Assembly: GCA_000165425.1 (NCBI GenBank)
Contig: CT868059.1
Coordinates: 62,001 to 126,000, forward strand
Direction of reading: 5' to 3'
DNA length: 64,000 nucleotides
Source: Paramecium tetraurelia
Taxonomy: Eukaryota
Positions 39,384 to 53,716 of the stretch are shown one piece after another (the first letter of the stretch is position 1; each line of letters opens with the position of its first letter). The notes under the pieces are model-generated. The model was not told the DNA's origin, searched no databases, and saw nothing but the letters and a program-made list of their open reading frames with translations. A program made the position numbers and the translations under genes.

Positions 39384-41672
39384 TCATTTTTTTCTTTGTT
39401 TTAATGAGAACACACGTTTATGCATGTTTTGACTGTTTTAATAAATTAGTTAGGAATCTATGCTGTCTTTACTTTAACCATTCTAATGATTATTGGTTGG
39501 CAATGTATTCTAGCGATCCATAAAGAAATTATTTTGTGAAATGATCCGTTTAAGACTCTCTATTTTTGACTATTGTGGGCTTACAATGCAATTTGGTTGA
39601 ATTGGTTGAACATTTCCTAAGGAAGATTGTCTATAAATTAAATGTTATAGATTACTATGACTTGATTCTTTTTTATAATGATGACATTTATTCAGATTGG
39701 ATCTTTTATTTTTGATTGATCTAACGAGAGCCTGTGTAAGGTGATTGAGGCTTTGAATTACTTGATTCTTTTGGTTCTGTACTTTTCCTAATAGTCTTGA
39801 ATTTTTGAAGTAATTGCATTTGTAAGGATGTTATCATGATACAGTGTTATTTTAGAACTTTTGATTATTCAATTTTCATTTGTTTTTGTTCTGATTAATC
39901 AAAGTAGAAATCCTAAAAGATTTTAATTTCTTATTGCAATCCTGTTTTGCCTAGAAGTTTCTCTCTTGTTTCTAATTCTCCATTCATTAAATCATTAGAA
40001 TCATAATTAAATTATAGTTGATTCGGTTTGAAGGGAGGTTGTACTTTTTTTAATAGAATAGACACTAAATCACAATCTTTGAACCAAGGATGAGTGAATA
40101 ATTCAAGTAAACCTTTATTGGCGCAAAGTCTTTCTGATGGTTACTTGCTCAACAACCCTTTAAGTAAATCTTTAATTTCATTTGACAAATTTAATTTCTC
40201 TGGGAATGTGAGTTCTTCATTAAGAATAGATTCATAGATTTCTTCAGTATCTCTCGAATAGTAAGGTGGTAGACCAGTGACTAATTCATACAACAACGCT
40301 CCTAGACAATAATGGTCTACTTAAACATTGTGACCTATTTTTAGCAGCATTTCAGGAGCCATGTATTCTGGAGATCCACAGAAACTATAGGCATAATCTT
40401 CTTCAGTCATATTGGGTTTAGATAGTCCAAAATCTGCGATTCTGATATGTCCGTCGATGTCAATTAATATGTTTTCAGGCTTAATGTCTCTGTAAACGAT
40501 CGATAGTGAATGTAGATAGAACATAGCAAGACAAATTTCAGTGAAGTAGAATCTGGCCTAATATTCAGTCATTCTCTTGACTTGTCTTAATTGCCAGAAC
40601 AATTCACCACCGCTGCAAAATTCAAGCACAAAAATAATAAAGTTCTTAGATTCAAATGCATATTCCAATTTAATTATGAAGGGATGATCCAATACTGTCA
40701 TGATGTCTCTTTCATTCTGAACGATCCCTAATTACTTATTGTAATTTGTTACCTTGTTTTTTATGTTATAAAATAAACTCTTTGTCAATCAATTTCATGG
40801 CATAAAATCTTCCATTGGATTTCTTCTTCACCATGTACACTCTTGAGAATCCTCCCACACCTATGCATTTTACAAATATGAAATCTTTCAATGAGACCTT
40901 TGCAGTTTGTGGAGTGGCAAAAAATGGCTATAGGTTTAGGGTTTAACCACTAAAAATCTCTAGAGGTTTGTTAGGCTATTGTAAGTAATAATCGACAGGC
41001 AGGTTTTTATCAACTGTGTGGAACGAGACGATCTCAGGGTTTGTTGATTCATTACCAGTGCCACAAGTTATTTTAACGTGATCTGGTTGGGAACCTGTAG
41101 AGGAGTATTGATGGATTGAATGTTTCTTAATTTCTTATTTCAAATATTCATCCAACCAACCTGTGGTCTTGGAAGGATCAATGGGAAATTTTATTTATTA
41201 ATTTTCGTAATGTACTATTATAATTATCTGATTAGCTAAATTAATAAAACCTTTAGTTGATTATGCATTAGAATTTTGATATTAATTTGAATTTGTTCTT
41301 CTGCTGTCTGTTGTTATATTACTTTTTAAGTTATTTGAAGTATCAGAAGTATTCACTTTTTAAACTGATTTCTGAATTGGTAGTTATTTATGACTTATCA
41401 TCAATTTCAATAATTCTTGCTAATATTGCTTGGCCTATGCAGGAAGTCCTTATTTTTTTAACACTTTCAAGTCAATTCCCTATAAACCTGTGCTCTGATT
41501 TGCCTTATGAGTTGGACTCAAACTTTGGGCGATCAATCCGCAGGGATTAAAAGATTGGCTGAGTTTATTACTTTTATTAGTGCACCTAAATATCTAGAAG
41601 ATGATACGTTTTGAAATTATTCTATTGCACTATCTCTTGTAATTGTAATTGGGGACGAGACAGGTGCTGCAT
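39384..41672 (-). CDS. AGC-group Ser/Thr kinase with long Q-rich extensions
   Basis: [74 protein letters not shown]. Confidence 0.93.
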
Positions 41673-41738
41673 TAATTTGTTATATGTATTATTCGAATTT
41701 TAAATAAACTATATATTAAAATATATATAAACACACTA

Positions 41739-43680
41739 TCAATGAAAATTATAACCATTTTTCATTGGTCCAATTACTTTGAATTTTAGATTAATAATGG
41801 AGGGTTCTTTTTATAGGTTTAAGGATGCTTGCACTATTTCGACCCTTTCTAAAATAAGAGAATTTCTAGATGATGAAAAGGCTTCCAAAATCTTTGGTAA
41901 CTATTTCAATTCTAGGATCAATTATTCGGATTAAATTGCATTCAATTGGTGAAACAAATTAATCAAAAAGCCAAGAGCTATAGAAATTAATTCGTCATAA
42001 TTAGGGTCTAAGTTAATTTGAAGTTACTTTAACAATCTGAAGTATTGGATATAGAATTCTTTATTGAAGGTTTAATCTAAGAATTTCTTTCTAAATTGAT
42101 CTTCAATCAATAAATTTGATAGTAGGTTCAATATCTGCACATACATGTCGCATGACTATATGGAGAGTTCTACATTTTAGTAAATCTGAGAAATCTAATC
42201 AACTATTTGATCCAGATGATTTAAAAAGATTTAACGAAGGAAACTACTCTAATCATAGCACAGATTTGCACACAGACTCAAAAATGACGAAACCAATTCA
42301 GGTTCTGTTTCAGACAAACTTAAAATTCTGACAAATATCTCAGGATAGAGAGTTGTGATGATGTGAGGACTAGATTAAATGAGAATTCGAGTTTTCTCCT
42401 CATTCATTATATTTATTGCTTCAATATAATCTCGAATACAATCAAATATGGCTGATTTTTTCTTTTATTTGGCTTTGTTGAGTAATTTAATAATCTTTTA
42501 AATTATAATGTCAACACCATTATATTGTAAAATGAATTATTCTTGATATAATTAATTTTATTCTTAATAAGATTACAAAATCAAAGCAGGCAAACTAGCC
42601 ATAAACTAATTTTTTAAGAAAATATACGTTGAATTGATCATGAAGAAATTCTTCATCCGCCTTAATAATTTAAATCAAAGTTTCAATCCCTCTTTTATCA
42701 TAAAAATAAGCAGCCGACTCATCTGTGTATTCCATCATCACTTTCAAAACCTAATACAAATCATAATTCTAATTTTGAATAAGAAAACCATCAATCACAT
42801 CCTTATAATTTAAATAATTTTATTAAAACTTACATTTCATCGAAGTCTAAACACATTCACTACTTCTCCCAGAATTAGCAACCTGAATTCCCAAACTGTT
42901 CTCCCTTTGACTAATTTATTATGCCTCTAGACTAACTTCAGTTGGTTCATCTGAGCATTCTTTAGAATCTGTTTTATTTTGTTTATCCATAAATTCAATA
43001 TTGAGATAGTGTTTGACATCATCTTTCAGCCTTTGAGCTTCCTTATCATTAGGATCAATCTGTATAGCTTACTCAACATCCTGTAAAGCCTTTTAAAGTT
43101 GCCCAGTTTTATAATAAGCGAGAGCTCTTCTTAAATGGGCTTTGAAAAAACTATCGATGCTTTGAGTAAATCTTTCTTCTTTATTCTGGGCAATCTCTAG
43201 GAATTTAGAGCAATCCACAATAGCTTGTTGGAATTTGTAAATTTTAATGTATGCAATAGCTCTATTGAGCAATAAGACAGCACTGTCTTGGACCAATTCA
43301 AGTGCTTCAGTATATTGAGATATAGCTTCTTCAAAGTTTTTGTCAGCATAATAATAATTACCCTTTTTCTTAAGCTCCTCAGCCAATTAAATTCTTTGTT
43401 GCATTTCTGCACTTCCAAATGCTGCATTAGTTTTCTCGTCGTTTCTTTGAAAATAGAGTTTGTCCTTGTCATTGGAATATATTTTAGTCTGTTGTTGATG
43501 CTTGGTCTGTTTGGGTGTTGGGGAATTCTCGAGTTCAGAAACTAGACTTTATTTTGAGTATTTATCTTAAACTTCAATTTATTTTGGATTATTGGGTTTT
43601 TCTGCAGCTTTGTCAGTCTAGTTAATTGAATCATCAAGGGCTTGTAAATCGAAATGGAGTTATAATTCTCTTGAATTCAT
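41739..43680 (-). CDS. TPR plus ARM-like helical protein (TTC12-like)
   Basis: Three TPRs (AEELKKKGNYYY..AISQYTEAL..LLNRAIAYIK..KAHLRRALAY) joined through a 22-nt intron to a helical region with LCANLC and ALGFLINL; 640 codons. Confidence 0.8.
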
Positions 43681-43798
43681 AGTCAATATTAATTTTTATA
43701 ATATTTAAATAATTTAATGCTAGAATATAATACAGTATTCGGACTGATGAGAAGTTGATTGATAAATTGAGTGAAAATAGGATGTGACTAATTATCAT

Positions 43799-44239
<441 letters not shown>

Positions 44240-44324
44240 GATTTTAGAAAAAATAATATTAATGTTAAAGAACCCTTATAAAAATAGATAAATGATTATC
44301 TTATTATACTTATTGTATTATATT

Positions 44325-44827
44325 TCAAATGATTTCTACAAATGCTTTTGGATGTTAAAAGACTGTAGATGTTGGTTTGACAACTTCAGCCCCTCTTGGC
44401 AATACTGGTTGTCTTTTAGTTGAGATGTGCTATTTCTATTTATTAGCTTCAGTCTTTTTCTTATCATTGACTTGAACTCTCTTAACAAATTCCTCTCTGC
44501 ATTTTGATGGTCTCAAATGATCAGCTCTAACATGGAATCTTTTCTCCACATATCTTCCTCTTACTCTTCTTTATAAGGAGACACCAATTCCTCTTGGATT
44601 AACATTGAACACTCTGGCTGTTCGTCCATGATAATATTAAAAGGGCACTCCCTTGTGTTATGCTCCATCAACCAAAATATCAACGAAATCACCTAAGAGA
44701 ATCGTATGTAATTCGTACCTCTTCTGAATGTTTAGAGTGTTTTACGAATACTTATATTGCCATGTCCTCTGAATGGTTTTGCAAACTTGCTTCTTGTTCC
44801 CTTCTTCAATCCATAACTATGAGTCAT
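44325..44827 (-). CDS. RPL21: 60S ribosomal protein L21 (eL21)
   Basis: [52 protein letters not shown]..; 26-nt intron. Confidence 0.96.
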
Positions 44828-44952
44828 TTATTCAAGATATTAATTTTTTTTAAAATTATTTATACAAATACTCCAATATTATAGCATTCAGAGGATGCCT
44901 CTCATAAATGTAAGATATTCAGATATTATAATGTATGTATGTTTTAGATATA

Positions 44953-45354
44953 TCATTAAGCTGCAACTGGAGCTTATGGTTTTGGGGCATCCTTTTTTTG
45001 TGTTGATTGTTAAGCAGGTCGTTTTCTTTCAATTACACGAATTTTTCTGTCTTCAGATGATCTCACTCTCACGATACGTGCATGGATGGCACAAGAAATG
45101 CAATACTAACTTTTAATTATTAACACTACTTGAAGCTTGTCAAATAATTTTGGAATTGACTATTATTATTTGGATTCATAAGCAGAAGCTTCCAAAATGT
45201 CTTTCTTTGATGATGCATCAACGATGTCTCTCACTGTGAATCTCTTGATGGCCTTATCCTTGCCAACTAATCTGCAACAATTTGAACAAGTAACTGGCTT
45301 GACATGACCTCTATTTTTCTTTGAACGACCATTATTTCTTCTCTTTGATGGCAT
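44953..45354 (-). CDS. RPS26: 40S ribosomal protein S26 (eS26)
   Basis: [50 protein letters not shown]; 24-nt intron. Confidence 0.97.
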
Positions 45355-45966
45355 TTCTTAAGGAATTATTTCTTTTTTTAATAATTTATTTAAAAGGATT
45401 TAATTTTTTTTTCATTTTATTCAATTTCACTAATGTCACAACCATCTCATAATTCACTCGGTAAATAATTAATCCCCTCTCTCAAAACTCATTAAACCCT
45501 GCTCTATTTCATCTATTCATCTCTGTACTCCCTCCTTTAATCAAATACTAATATTAATTACTCTTTCATGATATTTCTACTTGCTATTTGGTCATCTAAA
45601 TCTCAAATTCTATATAACTACGTTATATTAATAAATAGATCTAATAAAGAACTATTTATTAGATTTATTTAACTAAAAAAATAAGAATTATAAAAATATT
45701 AAAATTTAAACTAAAATATCTGATTCCTTATTGGAAAGAAATGATAATCCTTTTTGAGTAATTTCATTTTATATTGATCTAATGTAAATCATTAGTTCAA
45801 TGACTTTTCTTATCTAATTAGGAAACATAGTATCTTTTTGATTTTCCAATCATTTTAAATAAATCTTTTAATCATTGATCTTTCGAATAATTCTATGATA
45901 ATAGAATCAAATCTATAATAGTCATCAATTATATAATTAATAGTTTAATTATTTACAATATAAAAA

Positions 45967-47001
45967 TCAAATTAATTACTCATCATTCTTTACTTTTGAA
46001 TTCTTCTTTTTCCCAAATGACCAAATGGCTTTTATGTCAATTACTTAACTATATATAATGTCGCACATAATTACTTATAATTTTTGTAGAATATGAATGC
46101 AATTATGACTAAATGGATTTCAAAGAAAAGATACGTGAACACAAACAATACGTATGCAAATAAGGATTTAGTGTATCCCTCATAAAAGAGTTGTACATAT
46201 CTAAATTTGATACATTAATTAATTTACTTAACACACTGATTGGTTAACCAAAAGAATACATAGATAATCGAAAAATCTGCCACTTTCTTTATGATGTCTA
46301 ATTCAACGCTACCAATCTGTTCTTCAAAAATGAGGGTTTTGATTCGAGAACTAATCTATTGAATTTGTAATTGGATACTTTCTTTCTCAAAATTAAAACA
46401 CTTAGGAATATCAACCATAAGGGTATGGACCAAAAAATCAGGAAAATGATTTCATCTTCCTAGACATAAGGGATTTGAAGTACTTTGAAACCGCAAAATA
46501 GATAGAACAACTCTGATGAGTTATAGAGTTTCCATCCTGTGGGGCCTATGGAATCGTTTAGCAAAGGGTAGAGGAGCCATAAGTAAGGCCAGATAGTGCA
46601 AAGAATCATGAATTTGTTTATGTTATTAGTCACAGCCTAATATTTGGAATTAATCTAATTTATAATATAATTGGTACGTGAAGGGCAGAATGATACAAAT
46701 AAAATAAAAGCAACAAACAAGAGAATGATGTGAGCCAACAGCAGTGCATGATATATCCGATTATACCGCATAAAGTTTCATAACATTTGCTCTGAAATGA
46801 TAAAGAGATGGCTCCGACCAAATCGATTGATTCAGCAAATGATTATAGAATTAGCAATTTGAATACCCAATATTTCTACTTGTTGCTTTTTAAGCAGGTG
46901 ATCCCCACAAACAAAGTTGATACCAAAGCACAAGAGAGGATGAGCATTCTGATCGCAAACTATACTATTTTTTGGGTGGAATCAAGTTGGCATATATTCA
47001 T
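45967..47001 (-). CDS. Seven-transmembrane GPCR-like protein (cAR/GCR1-like)
   Basis: About 7 hydrophobic helices: KLLILQSFAESID, LCGIIGYIMHCCWLTSF, loop IGPTGW..FCG, FWSIPLW, IYVFFWLTN; several tiny introns. Confidence 0.7.
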
Positions 47002-47038
47002 AATTTATAATATTTATAACCTAAAACATATATTATAA

Positions 47039-49447
47039 TCAGTAATCATTAATAGGAAATAGCACATTTAACATATTTCTAAGTTCATTCTAATCCAAAG
47101 GCTTTGTTAAGTAATAATCCATGCCGGCCTCGTAACTCTTAAGTTTTGTGTCTAGATCACAGAACCCAGTATTAGCAATACACCAAGCCTTGTTGATTAT
47201 TTGTTATTTCATTAAGTGCTTGAGTTCTTTGACAGTTTTGTAACCGTCTAAAATGGGCATGTTGATATCCAGGAAAATCAGACTGTAATATTGGTTCCCG
47301 CATTTCTTGCAGGGATGCTGCTTCTTTTGATATACAAGTTACAATGCTTCCTTACCATTATAAGCCGAATCGCACTTCGACTAATACTTGGTCATCAGTA
47401 ATTTCAGACATTGGATATTAAAGTACTCGTCGTCGACAATTAATACTCTAGAACAACAGTCACTGTTGAGACTGCATTGTACTATAGATTATTAAAATTT
47501 TGGGCTTAAGATAGGAGGATGAATCGATGAAAAGCTATCCTCTTCACTTTGGTTTTTGCTTTCTTGCTGGCCATAAATTCTTTTAGTGGATGGAAGTATA
47601 AATTACTGTTAGGAATTAGAGTGAGTCTGAATCAAGGTCTTTTAGATTTGGATTTTTTGAATAGATTCTCCTATTACTTAATCTTCGAAGTAGGTATTGG
47701 CAGATATAAATCGAATTGTCTAACTGCTCTTTTTGACGAATCCCGAAGACTACTTCCGCATACTTTCCTTTGACATCTCCAACTAATGGTTTTTTATAAA
47801 GAAACTGAATTAACAGCCCCTATCCTTTCGGTTCAGTTTAATGGAGTTGTTCTTTCCACTCATTTACTTTACTAATTAGTTTGATATTCCTAGACCTAAT
47901 CCTACCCCCACAGATTGTTCTGACACTTTCACAAATTTGTTGGAATTCAACAGTGAATTCATATTCTCTGCCTCCTACTCAGTCTATTAATATTATAATA
48001 GACAATACCATCCCAATCCCATCATCTGAAATCGATATAAAGCATTCCAAATTATCATTCTGTATAGTTATAGTTATGGCAGATTCGAAAGTATACTTTA
48101 TGGCATTCTACAACAATTGAAATAACACTTATCTAAACCTCACTTTGTCATTCACCAATACACTTGATTGCAAATCAAAACTATATTGAATTTTGATGTT
48201 CTTATTCTCAATACTTTCATTGAATAAGGAAACAATAAATCGGATCTCCAATTCGATATCAACTTCTTCCAATCTCAAACTAAATTGCCTCAAATTTATC
48301 AAATTGTAATCTCTAATCGTCCCAACAATTAAATTCAATTACTCACTGTTTATTCTAATCGGTTCCAAGTATTTCGATTTAAAATGACAACTGATATCCT
48401 CATCCTTTAAGGCCATTTTGATAAATGTTATTATGCTATTTAAATTAGTGCCCAATTCATGTGACAGTGATCTACACATGTCAATCTCCATTGATTCTTC
48501 TATTTCCTAACTATCATTCATTTTTAGGGGGAGTGCGAAGAATTGAAGTTAAAAACATTTAATGCCATCCACTACCATACACTGTATCAACATAGCCTGA
48601 TTTTCATATTTCATATACTCATTCTTGTCTATGGTCAAGAGATGCTATTCATCTATTTACATCTCCAATACAATTATTCTAAGTTCTCTTTATTTTAGTG
48701 CTGTGTCTTCAATATAATTAAATTTTAAATTTAAAAGTATTTCAAATGCTTAATTATATTAATTTGGATGAGTTATCAAATCTGTAAAATTAATTTGAGT
48801 TTCTAAGAGTTCACATTAATCATTAAATAATAAAGAATTTTATGGTAAATTTATTCTTTTCGTTGATATAGTATGAATAAGATTCTATTGTTACTTCAGA
48901 GTATCAACCTAAATATCGATGGTACACTAATGCTAATTCTTTCTTTGACGAGCTTCAACGCTGTCTTTTGGTCGTAAGCTCCTTTCTCTATACAACCATA
49001 AACTAAAAATCACTAATTACACTATAATTATGATTATCTACTCATAATCCAGCACAACCTACTTGAAGTTGAATATAAACAGAGTCATTTATGCTAAGAT
49101 TAGAATTGGTTATTAGAGCTGCTATTTTAAGTCTGTATTATTAAATAATATTTGAGTTTATATTAATGAGCAAAGTATGTATTCTTATTTTGCTTAATAA
49201 GCTAGCCAGATGCAGAGAATCTTCATTGAGAAACCAATAATCTAAAAAATTTAATTTCTCTGTTCATTTTTAAGCAAAACACATAATACTTCAAAAACTA
49301 TGCTACTAGCATAAAGTACAGTGATTAAAGATATAAATAAAATTGAACTGTCTAATAATAACTAAAATATAAACCTTGATTTATAAGGACTAAATAGGCT
49401 AGTTGGCAGACGTCACTAATGAGAAGATGTTGTTTTCCAATCAACAT
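47039..49447 (-). CDS. Hybrid sensor histidine kinase (TM-HisKA-HATPase-receiver)
   Basis: H-box SLSHELGTNLNSI; N-box RQVLFQLLQNAIKYT; G1 ISDDGIGM; G2 GVGLGLGIS; receiver VLIVDDE..IFLDINMPILDG..IANTG..GMDYYLTKP. Confidence 0.93.
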
Positions 49448-50144
49448 TTTATTTCAATATTATATTATTTCATAAAAATTTATCATCAAATGGAGATAGA
49501 GAAATACTGAATTATTTTATTTTATATAAAGAAACAAATTTTTATCTGTTCTTTAAATTTTCTAGAATCTTCAATAATTCTATAGAAAAAAATTGGATTG
49601 TTTGTAGAAATCATAGAGCAATATTTATAAACAACATAATGGTATATTTTATGAGTCATGTTCTATTTTTAGATTATAAATTTCTTTGAAAAATGCCCAT
49701 TTTTAAGGCATGTTTTATAAAACAATTTATAAATTGACTTTTCCAAATTATTTATTAATTTATTCATATCAAAACAAAAAATTAATACATCCCCACATCC
49801 AATTAATCTTCATAATAAATTGAGTAATTTCCTCACAAATTCAACATACAGTTTATTAATTATAATCTAATCTAAAATATATAATAATACTGAATAGTAA
49901 TAAAATTAGGATTGTAGGAAAGGTAATTTAATTATATTTATCATATTAATTATTTAATCATTTCAAAAATGAATCATGAAAGGTTACTCTACTCAGAAGA
50001 CTACTATTAATGGTCACTCTTTCTAAGAGATTCACACAGCTCTGCCTTTTTAATGATTATCATCAATCAAATAAAATGAAGTCTCTTAATATTGATTCAA
50101 TCAATTAAAATAAACGAAAATGATAATATTAAATTTAATATATA

Positions 50145-50603
50145 ATGGTTTATCAGTGGACAAACTTCGTCTGGGAAACCAATGCCTGGTGGTTGAGAAG
50201 AATTAGACCTGTATTTTTAAGATTTCTATCATCAAGTTTATTGTCTTGGGAGGCTTCGCATTCACAGCATTCTACGGAGGTAGATATTACTTTTTCGGCA
50301 AATGGGCATATTATAAATAAAGACAATTCTCAGAGGCTGAATTAGTTGCTTAAGCAGAAGTCAATAAAAGGTTGTGTTCATACATAATTCTTTAGGAATT
50401 GGGGTTACGGTGTTTGGTACAAACCAACACTTGAAAGAAGCAGAAAGAAATTATTATAAGATGCACTTAAAGGTACAGCAAAATTGAATAATTTAGATAA
50501 ATATAGATATGCAATGACTTGGGAAGAATTATTCTACGAAGATCCAAGACCAGTAGAGGAAATTCTTGAAGAAGAAAACTCATGGGAAGAATATGAAATT
50601 TGA
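50145..50603 (+). CDS. Small single-pass membrane protein, possibly mitochondrial inner membrane
   Basis: Three tiny introns give MVYQWTNFVWETNAWWLRRIRPFIVLGGFAFTAFYGGRYYFFGKW..AEVNKRNWGYGVWYKPTLERSRKK..EEYEI*. Confidence 0.8.
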
Positions 50604-50934
50604 TAAGATTTAATATTATATAAAATAAACATATACAAATTTCTATAGCTATTTGTTTGATATCATAGGCTTTGGTTACATATTTTTAATGTTCATTTTG
50701 CTAATTTTATAATTTATTTATTAAATTTATTTTAGTATATTATATAAATTTATTTTTACTTTTGAGAAGACTAAGGTATTAGTAATAAAGTATTGACGAT
50801 TACATATTTATAACTATGAATTTCTATTATTTTAGTTAATTATATTAACTTAATAGATTATTCACAACAAAATAGAATAAATTTGATTACCATATGATTT
50901 CTGTAAATAATATAATTATTATAATATATTATTA

Positions 50935-52253
50935 TCATTGTTGTTGATTCACTAATTATTGTCCTGCATAAGACATAAAAGTTGGGTTATTTCTAGTTTT
51001 GCTGCCACCAATTCTTCCATTTTTCATATCATAAATATATTGCTGTAATTCATGAGGTCTAAAACGATTGATGACTAATTTTTTGTCATTTTCTTCTATC
51101 TCTTTGGATAGCGAATCTCTTAAGTTTTGATTAGTTTCACCATCAAAACCTTAAGACTTTTACAGTTTGGGAGCTTATAGGAGAGAGCCTATAATTTCGC
51201 TTTTGGATACAGGGGGAGGAGTGAATCCCTTTCTATAGCTTCCTTCTTTGTTACTCTCCTATTGTTATCTTAATTCTCGAGCATATTGTTATTTTTGGTT
51301 TAGTGATTGTTGTCTTTACTCTTAAATAAAATGATAATCTTGATCCTACTGCATTTTTATATTCTGTTGTTCTCTAATTTTATCATTTTATGATTGCTAC
51401 AATTTTTGCAGACTTTCTAATCTTTATTACTCCCACTGTTTTTGCATCAACAATTATTACTACCTCTGTCTATCATCCTCAATCTAGTATTGATAAACTT
51501 GTGGTTGTTAAGATGGTTTACTTTATTCAGATTGGTTGGTAGGCTGAGTATTTTAAGCCTAGAGTACTAGATTTGGTTATGATTGTGAATTTTGTAACTG
51601 AATTAATTGTTGTTAGTTTTGCAGTTGTTAACGTTATGCAATTAAATTGGGGTCTTCATACGCATACAATTATTATTGTTAATATTGAGACTCATGAAAT
51701 TGTTGATTGGGTTGAAAATTGTTAGAATCAGGATATTAAATGGTTTCGAGATGTTTCTCACTTAGATCATCTGCTTTTTTCTTAGAATCCTCATAATTCG
51801 TGTATATTGCACTTCTATTTTTATATGGATCATTATCCTCCCATTTCTTCCTTGGCTAATATGCTTGGGAATCCAGATCACTTGGCTTACTGCTATGCTC
51901 CCACAAGGATTTTTGCTTCTCTTGTTTGTATACTTATGCCAATTCCATGTTTTTTACAACCTTGCTACGTAGAGTATTTGTAACTGCTCCATCAATGTCC
52001 TTTGTATTTAATGATCTATCATAGTCTTGGGCTAATCTACGAGGATTTCAAAAACATTTTACCTTTTGGGTGGGTCAAAGACATGTTGCATTCCTTAGTA
52101 AGATTCCAGTTCTCCTCTCTGAAAATCTGGATAATGTCTTTTACCAGATGTTGAAAAAAAGGCAATCCCTTGAGGAACAACTTATTCGTTAACTTTGTAC
52201 CCTTACTAATAGGCTGCTCCTGGGATGGGTTGATTATTTTATATCTTTCTCAT
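50935..52253 (-). CDS. Gln-rich low-complexity protein
   Basis: MRKIQNNQPIPGAAYQQGY..., 26-nt intron, poly-Q region largely encoded by TAA/TAG/CAA, ends QLVNQQQ*. Confidence 0.75.
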
Positions 52254-52314
52254 GCAATAAATTATTATTAGAATTAAAAATAAAAATCAATCTAATTCAA
52301 CAGATATTACTATG

Positions 52315-53416
52315 TCAGTACTATTTGTATAAGTAGAGGCTTGCATCTAGCTAAATTTGAACGTGTCCTTCAGAATAGAACTTGACAAATACTATTCGGC
52401 TATGTTCTTTGAATATTTGATATTGATCTATGGATTATTATATTAATGATGCATTTACTTATTCTGATTGAGTGCTCCCTTGAATGGTCTTAACTTGAAA
52501 TGGGAAGATCTGGGATTGGATGTAAAATTGGCCATCATATTCGATCAGTACCTTAAATGATAATATGATCATATAAACATTTAAATCGAAAATGGAGAAT
52601 TGCAATTTATTCAATCGGCCACCCAGAATATCTCTTTGGGAATTATCATTTACAATAAATTTGAGATCTTTATAAATGAAATTCCTATTCGTGTATTCTG
52701 CTCTGACTAGGAACTCCAAAGGTACTCCATGAGTTGGCAAGCGAATCAATTTATTTTGGTAATCATTCAATGTGGTTCCCAAATAGAGCTTAAGTACTCC
52801 ATTGATGTCTATGGGATGTTTGAGATTGGCAAATTGCAGACAGATGTGATTTTCAGTTGAGAAGGCCAACAAGAGATCCCCATCAGATCCTAGTGCTTAT
52901 TTTGCAGAATCTAGAAGGAATTGGAACTCCTTTCTTCATTTCAATGCATAATTACTTAAATCCATGCTCGAATCCAATCATATACCAATTATCATCATCC
53001 AATTAATAATACACAGAGGCTTAGCATATTTAACAAACATCTTCTCCGTCGCATTCTTGAATGTAATCATCCACATCCATGGCATTAGAGATTATGTTTA
53101 ATTGCTATTTTAAGCTTTCAATGATCTTAGATTCTTCTGGTTACAATTCCAATTTATCAAGTCGATCCAATTAACCCATCAAATCAAAAGGTCTTTGTCT
53201 CAAACTATCATCAAATACATTTTATCTTTATACTAAGAGAGCTAATTGATTCACCTATTGTATAATCCCTTCCAAGATGATGCGTTAATCATTCAAATCT
53301 GCTGAAACCTACACAAATCCGATCTCCTTGTTCTTGTGTTTATGATGCTTCCCATTTCCTTTTATCTATTGTCCCAAAACTACTAAAACAAAACACAAAG
53401 CCAATAAATATTGCAT
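52315..53416 (-). CDS. Secreted hypothetical protein
   Basis: Signal peptide MQYLLALCFVLVVLG; a 22-nt intron joins it to the 52459-52872 ORF frame; TGA at 52315-52317. Confidence 0.75.
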
Positions 53417-53716
53417 TTAACACGTTTTTATTTATAATATATAATAATAATGTTCTTAAAAAACACACTCACATTCCTTTAGCCAATTCCAATCCTAAAG
53501 AGAGAAGGGAAACTAATATACTCACTATATTCTTACTGTAAATTGAATTGAATAAATTAGTAAATAAATTTAATCAGTTAGAATGTAGAATTCTATGTGA
53601 ATATTAAGTAATAGGCTGAGTAAGATTAGGGAATTTTGCTTTAATAAATATTATGAATAATTTAAGTTGTTTTTAGAGAGGAGAATTATTGAAATTATAA
53701 GATAAAATTAATTATA

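Noticed and set aside
42518..42520. Separate gene starting at 42520 on the minus strand
   Set aside because: A 22-nt intron joins the TPR region to the downstream region in one 640-codon frame.
47039..49447. Histidine kinase as bacterial contamination or recent HGT
   Set aside because: It uses TAA/TAG as Gln, has tiny introns and host-like composition.
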